25,624 nt of DNA from Promethearchaeia archaeon (lineage in GTDB: Archaea; Asgardarchaeota; Lokiarchaeia; Sigyniarchaeales; SOKP01), in the NCBI GenBank assembly GCA_046483985.1, contig JAWOCD010000058.1:1-25624 (forward strand), read 5' to 3'. Position 1 is the stretch's first letter. Every line of letters starts with the position of its first letter. The notes under the pieces were generated by a model, which saw only the letters and a list, made by a program, of their open reading frames with translations, was not told the DNA's origin and ran no database searches. The translations under genes were made by a program, and so were the position numbers. This document shows, piece by piece, positions 17,298-25,344 of this stretch.

Positions 17298-19316
17298 TTA
17301 TAATAATTCAATAATATAGTTATCCAGAATGTCTTCCTTTTTTAGGGTCCACCCATAGGAAGTTTCTTTCAAATCGGTTTTTTCTATATCTTTTATATTA
17401 ATTTCACCCGGATTAAAAACAGAAATGGACATGAAGTTATCTGGGGCCGCGGGAGAAACTTGATTGATTTCGACTTCATATTCCGTTTCTGTGGAAGAGC
17501 AAGTACCAAATGATAAGTCGTCGCTCCAAATTAAAGGATCTTCATAGATCAGTCGAACAATCCCGGTTTTAGAACCATTTATCTGAGCTTTGATATTGAG
17601 CTTGTTCCTCATAAAGGAGTTCGAAACGGGAAAACTCTCTTTTTCATTATATCCCAGTCTCTGAGTAGAGGTAAACGGCTCCTCATTAATCATAATGGAA
17701 AAGTTCTCAATCTGAAGGGAATCATAATCTCGAGTTATTGACCATTCATCCAGATAGCAAGTCTCTTCACTTTTGGATTCCCATATGGTTTGTATAATCC
17801 ATGCATCTGGATCATCAGGTACTGTAAATTCTCCGTCATAACTTTGGTATGAGGCGTTTAGATCCAGATCCGTGAGTACTTGCTGTTCTGAAATTGTGTT
17901 TGAAATATTTTTTCCTAAGATCTTCACGGAAACATCCATCGGATCGGCAATATCTTTAGTTGCTTTTGCTTTTATTTCGAGTCGATAAGATTCCCCAGGA
18001 ATAGCTAAGGGAGTTGTTGAATCAGGAACTTTCCCTTCTTCCCATTTATCATACCACCCAATATGGACTTGATTTTCTAATACGGGAGAGATACTGCTCG
18101 CAAACGAATCTTTTCCCTTAAATTTTACCTCTCCCTCCGTATTTCCGTTATTATCATCATCTTCGTATCCGATCCAGTTTAAAAGAGAGTTTTCATAACC
18201 TTTCTCACCCCAATGGCTAAATTTTCGATTCTGTTCGATAAGCTCTGGATCAGAACCGATAACTTGTAAAGAATGATTTTTTGCCAAGATTCTATTATCC
18301 ACCCTAATCTCTTCCTTATCTTGTACCCGTTTTGGGACCGAATACCATTTAATCCCTTCATTCTTAAAGCTAGTTTTCATTTCCTTTTCAAAAAAAGTGT
18401 TGTTAACCCAGTCTTGTGTGAATACATCATATATACCCGCTCGTATTGAGTTTTCTGTTACTTCAAAATAAACTGTCCATGGTTTTCCCCCTTGAGTATT
18501 AGTTATACCAACATCTATACAATCTAATCCATGATATTGATAATGTTTAAACATATGATTATGACCATGGATATGCAACGCGATTTGAGAATTATTATTG
18601 ATAAAGGATTGCCACCATTCTTCATCATTATAGAACCTATAACAATTATCCTCTTCCTCTCTAGGGAATCCTTGATGGCTTACGGTAATGGTTGTTTTAT
18701 TGGGATATTGAGCGGTCATAAATTGTAGCCATTGTCGTTGTTCTTGTGTCAGCAGCATAGTTGTTCCTTGATCACCGAAGAATAAGAAAAGGATATCATC
18801 CCAGAGATATGCGTAATTTTGTTGCATTGTTCCCGTTACATTTTTTCCAGCTTCTATGGCCGAATACGGTTTATCATAAGTGTCAGTATCCGGTAGACCC
18901 CATCCATCACCGTAAATATCCTTTCCCGTATTGGTTTTGTAATTAGCAGTATCGTGATTACCAAAAAGAAACATCCAAGGAAATAAAACCTTATTAAAAC
19001 TCCCGCTCATCGCGGCGTTATAGCCCTCTGGCGTACCAAAATGTGTAAAATCTCCAAGATTAATGCCAAATTCTGCTCTTGGCAAGTTAGGATCATTCAT
19101 CCATGAATTTACAATCTCATCCGCGTACTGGTCCCCCCATCCGAAATGAGGATCCCCTATTGCTGTAAAAATTAGACTATCGGAAGAAAATTCCATTTTA
19201 GAATTCCTTTCGCGGATGTAACTAAACGGAATTAATAACGTTACACATAAGCCCGCGATAATTACCAAGCCTTCAAGTTTTTTCTGTTTGAGAGTGTTTT
19301 TTAGATTTCTCTTCAA
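17298..19316 (-). CDS. Membrane-anchored calcineurin-like metallophosphoesterase with C-terminal beta-rich (CBM-like) region
   Basis: Single N-terminal TM. GDPH, NLGDF, GNHD, SHQ and HGHNH metal motifs. C-terminal PGESYRLEIKAK...YQSYDGEFTVP...YLDEWSI is typical of galactose-binding-like jelly rolls (inference). Confidence 0.85.
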   Translation of the reverse strand: MKRNLKNTLKQKKLEGLVIIAGLCVTLLIPFSYIRERNSKMEFSSDSLIFTAIGDPHFGWGDQYADEIVNSWMNDPNLPRAEFGINLGDFTHFGTPEGYNAAMSGSFNKVLFPWMFLFGNHDTANYKTNTGKDIYGDGWGLPDTDTYDKPYSAIEAGKNVTGTMQQNYAYLWDDILFLFFGDQGTTMLLTQEQRQWLQFMTAQYPNKTTITVSHQGFPREEEDNCYRFYNDEEWWQSFINNNSQIALHIHGHNHMFKHYQYHGLDCIDVGITNTQGGKPWTVYFEVTENSIRAGIYDVFTQDWVNNTFFEKEMKTSFKNEGIKWYSVPKRVQDKEEIRVDNRILAKNHSLQVIGSDPELIEQNRKFSHWGEKGYENSLLNWIGYEDDDNNGNTEGEVKFKGKDSFASSISPVLENQVHIGWYDKWEEGKVPDSTTPLAIPGESYRLEIKAKATKDIADPMDVSVKILGKNISNTISEQQVLTDLDLNASYQSYDGEFTVPDDPDAWIIQTIWESKSEETCYLDEWSITRDYDSLQIENFSIMINEEPFTSTQRLGYNEKESFPVSNSFMRNKLNIKAQINGSKTGIVRLIYEDPLIWSDDLSFGTCSSTETEYEVEINQVSPAAPDNFMSISVFNPGEINIKDIEKTDLKETSYGWTLKKEDILDNYIIELL

Positions 19317-19485
19317 AAGGGTTTACCTTTAAGCATTATTATTTTTAATAAATAATCCAGGAAAATTTATAAATTTAAATGTCAATAATTTACCGTTTTA
19401 AAACTTGAATGATTTAAACACGGAGAATTTAAAAACTAAAAAAAATAAGATTTATGTAACTCTGAAAGGTCAACTTTGGTTAAAA

Positions 19486-20649
19486 TTAAAAACTTTTATA
19501 AGGAAATCGCTGCTTCTGGTGCTTTTTTTTCTTACCAAACGAGCGTTTTCTGATTTCTTTGTTAATAAACCCTTCAATTTTACATAAATATTCATATTCA
19601 TTTTTTAAACATAAGGTAATAGCAGTCCCTTTTTTATCCATACGGGAAGTGCGCCCAATGCGGTGTACATAACTCTCGGGATACTTTGGAAGATCGTAAT
19701 TAATAATATGTGAAATACCTTCAATATCCCAACCACGGGCAGCCACATCAGTTGCTATTAATATATCTATTTTATCGCTTCGAAAGTCACGTAAGATCTT
19801 CTCTCGCTTATTTTGAGAAAGATCCCCAGAAATATATCCCACATAATAAAATTTTCTTAAATATGAGGATTTCATTTTATTGAATAACCAATTTCCAGTT
19901 CGTTTCGTATTTATAAAGACAATTGCACTCTCGGGTCGTTCTCGGTTCAATACTTGACAAAATACATCAAACTTTTTATGAAAATCCGAAATCATATAAT
20001 AATATTGATTAGTATTTGTTACAGTTAAATCGTCTTTACTGATATCAATAAATTTAAAGGAATTTCCGGTATGTTCCTTTACAAGTTCCCTGATTTCATA
20101 TTCCATTGTTGCCGAGAACAAGAGAAATTGAAAATCGTGATTAATTTTGCTTAAGATATATTTAATATCGGGGAAGAATCCCATATCTAATAATCGATCT
20201 GCTTCATCCAGTACTAAGAAGCGGAGGTTATTGAACTTCAACTTACCTCGTTTGTAGAGGTCGATTAATCGTCCTGGGGTACCCACAATAATGTTGACTC
20301 CCTTTTTCAATTTCTTAATCTGTCGGTTGATCGATGTTCCCCCGTAAATCGTCATTGATTTGAGTTCATGATCTTTCAACTCTTGAACAACGCGATTGGT
20401 CTGTTTTGCTAATTCGCGGGTTGGGGCAATAATTAATACTTCATTATTCACAAATTTCAATTGCTCAATAATGGGCAATAAAAACGCTAATGTTTTGCCA
20501 GTACCCGTTTTAGATTGGGCCATCACATGTTTTCCCTTTAATACAGGAGGAATTGCTTCTTCTTGAACCTCGGTGGGTTCTGTAATTTCCATCTGTTCTT
20601 TCAAAATCTGCGTATATTTGTTGCTGATTCCTAAATCATCAAAATTCAT
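19486..20649 (-). CDS. DEAD-box RNA helicase
   Basis: Q motif (PTEVQ), TGTGKT, PTRELA, GG, TPGRL, LDEAD, FSAT, ATDVAARG, YVHRIGRT.R. Confidence 0.95.
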   Translation of the reverse strand: MNFDDLGISNKYTQILKEQMEITEPTEVQEEAIPPVLKGKHVMAQSKTGTGKTLAFLLPIIEQLKFVNNEVLIIAPTRELAKQTNRVVQELKDHELKSMTIYGGTSINRQIKKLKKGVNIIVGTPGRLIDLYKRGKLKFNNLRFLVLDEADRLLDMGFFPDIKYILSKINHDFQFLLFSATMEYEIRELVKEHTGNSFKFIDISKDDLTVTNTNQYYYMISDFHKKFDVFCQVLNRERPESAIVFINTKRTGNWLFNKMKSSYLRKFYYVGYISGDLSQNKREKILRDFRSDKIDILIATDVAARGWDIEGISHIINYDLPKYPESYVHRIGRTSRMDKKGTAITLCLKNEYEYLCKIEGFINKEIRKRSFGKKKKHQKQRFPYKSF

Positions 20650-20974
20650 ATTCTTTTCACAGTATATAAATGATAATTATCGTAAAATTTAGTTTACTAT
20701 ATTATCGTTGTATATTGTTTAATTATCAAATGCAGTCTTAAGTTAAAACAAAAAGATTTTCGTTCAAACAAACTTACATTTTATTTATAGATTAATACTT
20801 ACTAAGGATAAGGAGAAACCATAAATAAATCTTTAGATTTTTTTTAAAAACTCTAAGAAGTAATTGTTTATCAAAAATGAATCTTGTAAATTCAAGAAAA
20901 ACGAAAAAGCACCGATATTCTAAAAAATTGTAAGAAAAAAAATATTTATAATAAAAGATTTAAATTTTTAAAAT

Positions 20975-21115
20975 TTAATCTTCCAGCTTTTCAAACATAT
21001 CCTTTCCTACTCCACAGACTGGGCAAGTCCAATCATCCGGGAGATCTTCAAAGGGTTTTCCTTCTTCGTTTTCATCATAAATATAGCTACATGCAGTACA
21101 TTCCCATTTTGCCAT
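20975..21115 (-). CDS. Short-chain rubredoxin, 46 aa (absent from the ORF track)
   Basis: Manual translation [46 protein letters not shown], with CxxC.Y.YD ... [14 protein letters not shown]. Confidence 0.95.
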   Translation of the reverse strand: MAKWECTACSYIYDENEEGKPFEDLPDDWTCPVCGVGKDMFEKLED

Positions 21116-21193
21116 TTTTTTTACCACTTATTTGATATTTTTGCTTTTATTTTTATGAAGTCTAAATTCTTATCTAACTTGAATCTTAATCTA

Positions 21194-21460
21194 TTGAACT
21201 ACTCCCGTGAAATTTTTATCTTCTAATACGTGATCAGTACATTAGACAATATAAGTTGGTTTTCCAACCGTAAATCAAGGTTCTACTTCTTTTTAGAATG
21301 ACGAACTATATTAAAGCTAAGGTAGGTATTAATCCGAAGTATTGTATAATTATAAACTAGATATTGACCTATTTAAAAATAATGGTCTTACGATATTTAG
21401 TGTTTTAAACGTAAAAATTCATCTCCATCCTAAAAGATGTATGTTTCTTTTGCTTTTTTG
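21194..21460 (-). mobile_element. Degenerate non-autonomous IS200/IS605-type element (about 267 nt) with left end and partial right end
   Basis: Left end TTTAT|CAAAAAAGCAAAAGAAACATACATCTTTTAGGATGGAGATGAATT at 21460 shares GCAAAAGAA with copies A and C. Right-end tail CACGGGAGTAGTTCAA at 21194. Possible tnpA scrap V*NTKYRKTII at 21378-21410. Confidence 0.5.
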
Positions 21461-21679
21461 ATAAAACCTTTTAAATATCTTTCTAATTTCCCTTCATAAC
21501 AGAGTTAAAAGATATTTAATCTAATTTAGCTAAGATGCTTTTGGATCTCCGACATACCTAACACTTGTAATCCTCATCCATATCCCAGAACGGGATTTCT
21601 TGTTATTTATCTTTATGGAGAAATTGATGGAGTTATATATTAGATTTATTTTTATTTTATTATTCAGACATTATGTTAT

Positions 21680-21726
21680 TTGACCTACCACGCCCTAAAG
21701 GGCGGTGTATTCTTTTGCCGTCTATG
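21680..21726 (-). mobile_element. 47-nt single-hairpin IS200/IS605-type mini-element, copy C
   Basis: Minus strand reads TTTAT|CATAGACGGCAAAAGAATACACCGCCCTTTAGGGCGTGGTAGGTCAA. Near-identical to copy A; similarity stops just past TTTAT on one side and at TCAA on the other. Confidence 0.8.
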
Positions 21727-21796
21727 ATAAATCAAGAAAATATAATATTTAAATACATAAAGAGAGAATTCTAATTAAAGGAAAAAGTTTAGGAAA

Positions 21797-22252
21797 ATGA
21801 GAATGACAAATTATAAACTATCTATTGCATGCTGTGTACTTTTTATTGTAGCAATGATTATTAGCGTATTTTCTAATATGGTTCTTGGTTCAGAGCTGGG
21901 CTACAATATTGGATTATTTATCGGAGTGGTGGTAATCTTGCTAAGTTGCCCAGTCTGTATCCTTGATAGCTTATTAGCCCGAAGGAACAAAGGAAAAATA
22001 AATAAAAAACAACAAGAGGTTACTAAGCAACAAGAAGATCTGAAACTAAAACGAAAGAAAATAGAACTAGAAAGAGAAAAACTAAGATATCAACAGCAAA
22101 GACAAGAAACGGAAAAATACGAGGATCAGAAAAAGAAGGGAATAGAGGAAAAAGTTAATGAACCAGCTAAGAAGTATTGCAGTTATTGCGGAAAAAAACT
22201 CGATAAGAATGCGAAGATCTGCACCTATTGTGGAGCAGAACTCGAAGATTAA
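21797..22252 (+). CDS. Membrane protein: 2 TM + coiled coil + C-terminal zinc ribbon
   Basis: Two hydrophobic helices, Q/E/K-rich heptad region, KYCSYCGKKL...AKICTYCGAEL. Confidence 0.85.
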   Translation: MRMTNYKLSIACCVLFIVAMIISVFSNMVLGSELGYNIGLFIGVVVILLSCPVCILDSLLARRNKGKINKKQQEVTKQQEDLKLKRKKIELEREKLRYQQQRQETEKYEDQKKKGIEEKVNEPAKKYCSYCGKKLDKNAKICTYCGAELED

Positions 22253-22400
22253 AATTTATAAGCTGGATCTTTTTTCAATAAATATCCGTTGTAAAAGAAC
22301 CAATCTTTACGTTCTTATTTTGGCTCTGGATATTTTAAGCAGCAAAAGCACGAGATAAAATTGTTGATGAGATCTCAATTGATTTAGTATCTTCAGTCTT

Positions 22401-22430
22401 GAACATGTTCGGGAAAAGATATTTATAAAT
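22401..22430 (+). promoter_or_regulatory. Palindrome GAACATGTTC + purine-rich BRE + TTTATAAA box upstream of the Fe-S protein gene
   Basis: Perfect 10-bp palindrome at 22401-22410, GGGAAAAG at 22411-22418, TTTATAAA at 22422-22429, ATG at 22450. Confidence 0.55.
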
Positions 22431-22449
22431 TTTACAACTTCAGATAACC

Positions 22450-23220
22450 ATGACAAGAGGAGAACAGAAAAAGAAAATAAAGCGGAAAATTATCAAGATC
22501 GATAAAGAATTATGTACTGGCTGCGGAAAATGTGTCACGGGGTGTGCGGAAGGGGCATTAGAAATTATTGATGGAAAAGCAGAAGTCGTAAATGAGGCCT
22601 TTTGTGATGGTTTAGGTGCGTGTATCGGGGAATGCCCCGAAGGCGCTTTAACCATTATAAAAAGGGAAGCCCATCCGTTTGATGAAGAAAAAGTTGAAGA
22701 ATATTTAGATTCACAAAGGGAAAAGAAACAACAAGTAAAAGCTACTCAAGGTGATGATTTTCATTGCTCATGTCCATCGTCCCAACCAACGTCATTTAAT
22801 GAACCATGGAAAGAAAGCACTTATGATGACAGTAATATCCCGTCCGCATTACGACAATGGCCAACTAAACTCGCTTTAGTAAATCCAGAAGCGGATTATT
22901 TTCAAAATGAAGAATTATTGATTATTTCAGACTGTTCACCTATAGCATTTGGCGACTTTCATCGAAAAATCCTTAGAGGTAAACCAATTATCACCACTTG
23001 CCCTATGCTGACTTTAGATGAGCCCCAGCTGGATAAATTGGAAACAATTCTAAGAATCAATCCCATTGAAACGGTCCATCTTATTTTGATGGAAGTTCCC
23101 TGCTGCCAAAAAATTAAATTTTTCCTTGACCCCATCTTGGATAATTTAAAGGAAGATATAGAGGTAAATGTTACAATAATCAGCAAGGAAGGAAAAATCA
23201 AGAAAGAAACCATGCTTTAA
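22450..23220 (+). CDS. 2x[4Fe-4S] ferredoxin-domain protein (family often found near hybrid-cluster protein genes)
   Basis: CTGCGKCVTGC and CDGLGACIGECP, followed by CSCP, LRQWP, SDC, CP and MEVPCC conserved blocks. Confidence 0.88.
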   Translation: MTRGEQKKKIKRKIIKIDKELCTGCGKCVTGCAEGALEIIDGKAEVVNEAFCDGLGACIGECPEGALTIIKREAHPFDEEKVEEYLDSQREKKQQVKATQGDDFHCSCPSSQPTSFNEPWKESTYDDSNIPSALRQWPTKLALVNPEADYFQNEELLIISDCSPIAFGDFHRKILRGKPIITTCPMLTLDEPQLDKLETILRINPIETVHLILMEVPCCQKIKFFLDPILDNLKEDIEVNVTIISKEGKIKKETML

Positions 23221-23870
23221 TGTTCAATCATAACCTTTTTTTTAATTATTTTTCTTAAAAGAACAGAAAGAGTGCTTTTAGATTTGCCTACTTTGTTTGC
23301 CAGATCTTCCAGTGAGATATTTCGGGGGACTTCAAAAAAGCCCTCCTCAATTGCTTTATTTAGAATTTGTTTCTCCTCCAAACTTAATTTTTCCTCCTCT
23401 TTTTGCAAGTCATACGGGGAATTTCCCATCCGTAAAACGGTATAATCAATTCCCTTTCTATCAAAAATAGTAAGCAGTTGGTCGATGCGCTTTCTAGTCG
23501 AGATTAAACGCCAATAGGCGTAACCCTCTTTAACTCGTACCGGAAAGTTTACCAAAACCCCACATTTAATAAGTCCATAAAGTAAATATGGGTCTTCTGT
23601 TTTTACGTTAAATTTTACCCGATTTTCCTCCTTTTCCAAGACTGTAAATTCCATAACCGAGGGATGGAGGCGAATCTCATCTATAATGGAATCTATGTTC
23701 CAATGCTGTATCTCAATCATCGCATTCCCTATAGATTTTTCCAAATCGTAAGGCAAAAAATATGCGATGGTCAAGCGAACATCGTTAAACTCATGGAATA
23801 TATGAGAAATCCAAATGTTGTCCGGGAACTTAATCTTTACTCGTGCTAACGTCGGGTTTTCAAGATCCAT
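23217..23870 (-). CDS. HTH_10 (bacterio-opsin activator-type) transcriptional regulator
   Basis: C-terminal LS.EE..IL..A.EEGFFEVPRNISLEDLA..VG.SKSTLS..LRK is typical of archaeal HTH_10. Confidence 0.88.
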   Translation of the reverse strand: MDLENPTLARVKIKFPDNIWISHIFHEFNDVRLTIAYFLPYDLEKSIGNAMIEIQHWNIDSIIDEIRLHPSVMEFTVLEKEENRVKFNVKTEDPYLLYGLIKCGVLVNFPVRVKEGYAYWRLISTRKRIDQLLTIFDRKGIDYTVLRMGNSPYDLQKEEEKLSLEEKQILNKAIEEGFFEVPRNISLEDLANKVGKSKSTLSVLLRKIIKKKVMIEH

Positions 23871-23886
23871 TAAAATATAAAATGTG

Positions 23887-23932
23887 ACAAATCTTAAATT
23901 TGTTTAATATTTCCATGAGCAGACCGGTCTCA
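23887..23932. promoter_or_regulatory. Inverted repeats in the divergent promoter between the HTH_10 regulator and the iron-sulfur flavoprotein
   Basis: ACAAAT-CTTAA-ATTTGT (23887-23903) and perfect AGACCGGTCT (23921-23930), the latter GC-rich in an AT-rich spacer. Confidence 0.4.
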
Positions 23933-23987
23933 TTTTTAAAAAATAAATTAAAGAAATTTAAAACAAGGGGTGATATTTAATTTAAAT

Positions 23988-24620
23988 ATGAATGAAAATT
24001 TATTATTGGGTATTTGCGGAAGCCCTCGAAATGAAGGAACCGAATTTGCGGTTAAATATGCACTTGATTATGCAGAAGAAAAATTCGGTTTCCTCACAGA
24101 GTTTTGGACGGTGAGAGCAAAAACCATTAAATTCTGTATTCATTGCGATTATTGTATCCAAGAGAAAAAGGGCTGCATTCATAAAGATGATATGCAAGAA
24201 TTATATCCCAAATTGGAGAAAGCAAGATTCCTCCTCTTTGGGACACCAGTATTCCAAGGGGAACTCTCGGGACAGCTGAAAACGATGTTGGATCGCTGCC
24301 GAGCATTGGTAGCAAAAAGCCCGCAAATATTCAAAAATAAGATCGGAATGGCATTGGCAGTGGGAGGAGATAGAAGTGGTGGACAGGAAATCGCAATTCG
24401 AAGTATTTTGGATTTTTATCAACAGAATCACGTAATCTCAGTTTCGGGAGGTGCTTTTGGAGCAAATTTAGGCGCTGCACTATGGAGTAATGATCAAGGT
24501 AAAGATGGAGTGGCCCAAGATAAGGAAGGGTTGAGAGCAATACGAAAAGTGGTAAAGAGATTGGGGGAATTTAAGGATGAAACACTGTTCGGGGACTCTC
24601 TTGAGATCTCGGAAAATTAA
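23988..24620 (+). CDS. isf: Iron-sulfur flavoprotein (Isf, flavodoxin-like NADPH-dependent FMN reductase family); alternative GTG start at 23970
   Basis: GICGSPR, compact Cys motif CIHCDYC...C..KDDM, GTPVF, LKTMLDR, AVGGDRSGGQE. Confidence 0.88.
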   Translation: MNENLLLGICGSPRNEGTEFAVKYALDYAEEKFGFLTEFWTVRAKTIKFCIHCDYCIQEKKGCIHKDDMQELYPKLEKARFLLFGTPVFQGELSGQLKTMLDRCRALVAKSPQIFKNKIGMALAVGGDRSGGQEIAIRSILDFYQQNHVISVSGGAFGANLGAALWSNDQGKDGVAQDKEGLRAIRKVVKRLGEFKDETLFGDSLEISEN

Positions 24621-24726
24621 AAATAATGAAAAATCGAGAATTATTTTAGATTGCTATAGAATAGACCTTCTTGATAATTGAAAAAAAAATAGATGATTAT
24701 TTGGTCTAAAACTTAGCCAATTCTTT

Positions 24727-25023
24727 TTACTCCACATCAAATAATTCTTTTGCTTTCTTCTCTCGTAGACCGTTTATCCCCCATAATTCTTTAAACCAAT
24801 ATTTTCCATTGTGCATGACCACCGGAGTATTTACTAAACAGCCTTCCTCATCGCAAAAGGTCGTTACAAAACTTTCGTCATGGAGCAATTGGTGAATCAG
24901 CTCCTCATCATCAACGGATTTCTCAACATATTGCACTTCATTCTCTTTAAGCCATTCCTTTAATTCATGGCAACGATGACAATCTTCCTTGGTGATAACC
25001 CAAGGCAATTTGATTTCCGTCAT
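24727..25023 (-). CDS. Glutaredoxin/NrdH-like protein
   Basis: TKEDCHRC..LKEWL..N.V.Y.EK.V and cis-Pro motif NTPVV..NG. Confidence 0.75.
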   Translation of the reverse strand: MTEIKLPWVITKEDCHRCHELKEWLKENEVQYVEKSVDDEELIHQLLHDESFVTTFCDEEGCLVNTPVVMHNGKYWFKELWGINGLREKKAKELFDVE

Positions 25024-25344
25024 ATTACATTATAAAAAATATGATAATTCTATAAAAAATCTCTTCTTCTAAATTATTAATCTAGCAAAAAAGTCTCATA
25101 TCAGTCCAAGAAAAAAGAGATTTTGAGATCCAAAAAATCCTTCTGGCTGAAGGTGTTTTGCCAATTTTGATCTTAAATTCTAATTGGAAAGGAATTCAAA
25201 GGCTTTCAAAAATGAATGGAAGCAAATCTAAGTCGATGATTCCCCCTTTTTTCACGAGATTTCTAAAGTGATTATGACTTTGATCCTTCAAATTTCAATG
25301 AATTCTGGGAAAAATAAAAAAGTTTGAAAAATTAAATATTTCAT

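Noticed and set aside
20867-20896. Plus-strand TTTATCAAAAATGAATCTTGTAAATTCAA resembling the start and end of mini-element B
   Set aside because: No GC hairpin with TTTA loop and very AT-rich surroundings, so likely chance. If real it would break the strand bias, so it is worth including in a genome-wide scan.
21572-21610. Hairpin ATCCC-AGAAC-GGGAT with CAAGAAA...GGATGA on the minus strand, vaguely left-end-like
   Set aside because: No TTTAT target, no TTTA loop and no TCAA end; too degenerate to call.
253-21731. Repeated hairpin units as CRISPR repeats or intrinsic terminators
   Set aside because: They are dispersed, not arrayed with spacers, and no cas genes are present. Copies A and C sit between divergent gene starts where a terminator is not expected, and the TTTAT/TCAA boundaries fit IS605-type ends better.
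836-24540. Numerous 60-136 aa ORFs nested in or antisense to the long genes
   Set aside because: Shadow ORFs with no motifs, fully overlapping well-supported genes.
25090-25317. Coding-looking fragments (KAFKNEWKQI*VDDSPFFHEISK, DYDFDPSNFNEFWEK*) suggesting a pseudogene
   Set aside because: Needs several stops and a frameshift, and no family is recognisable without a search.
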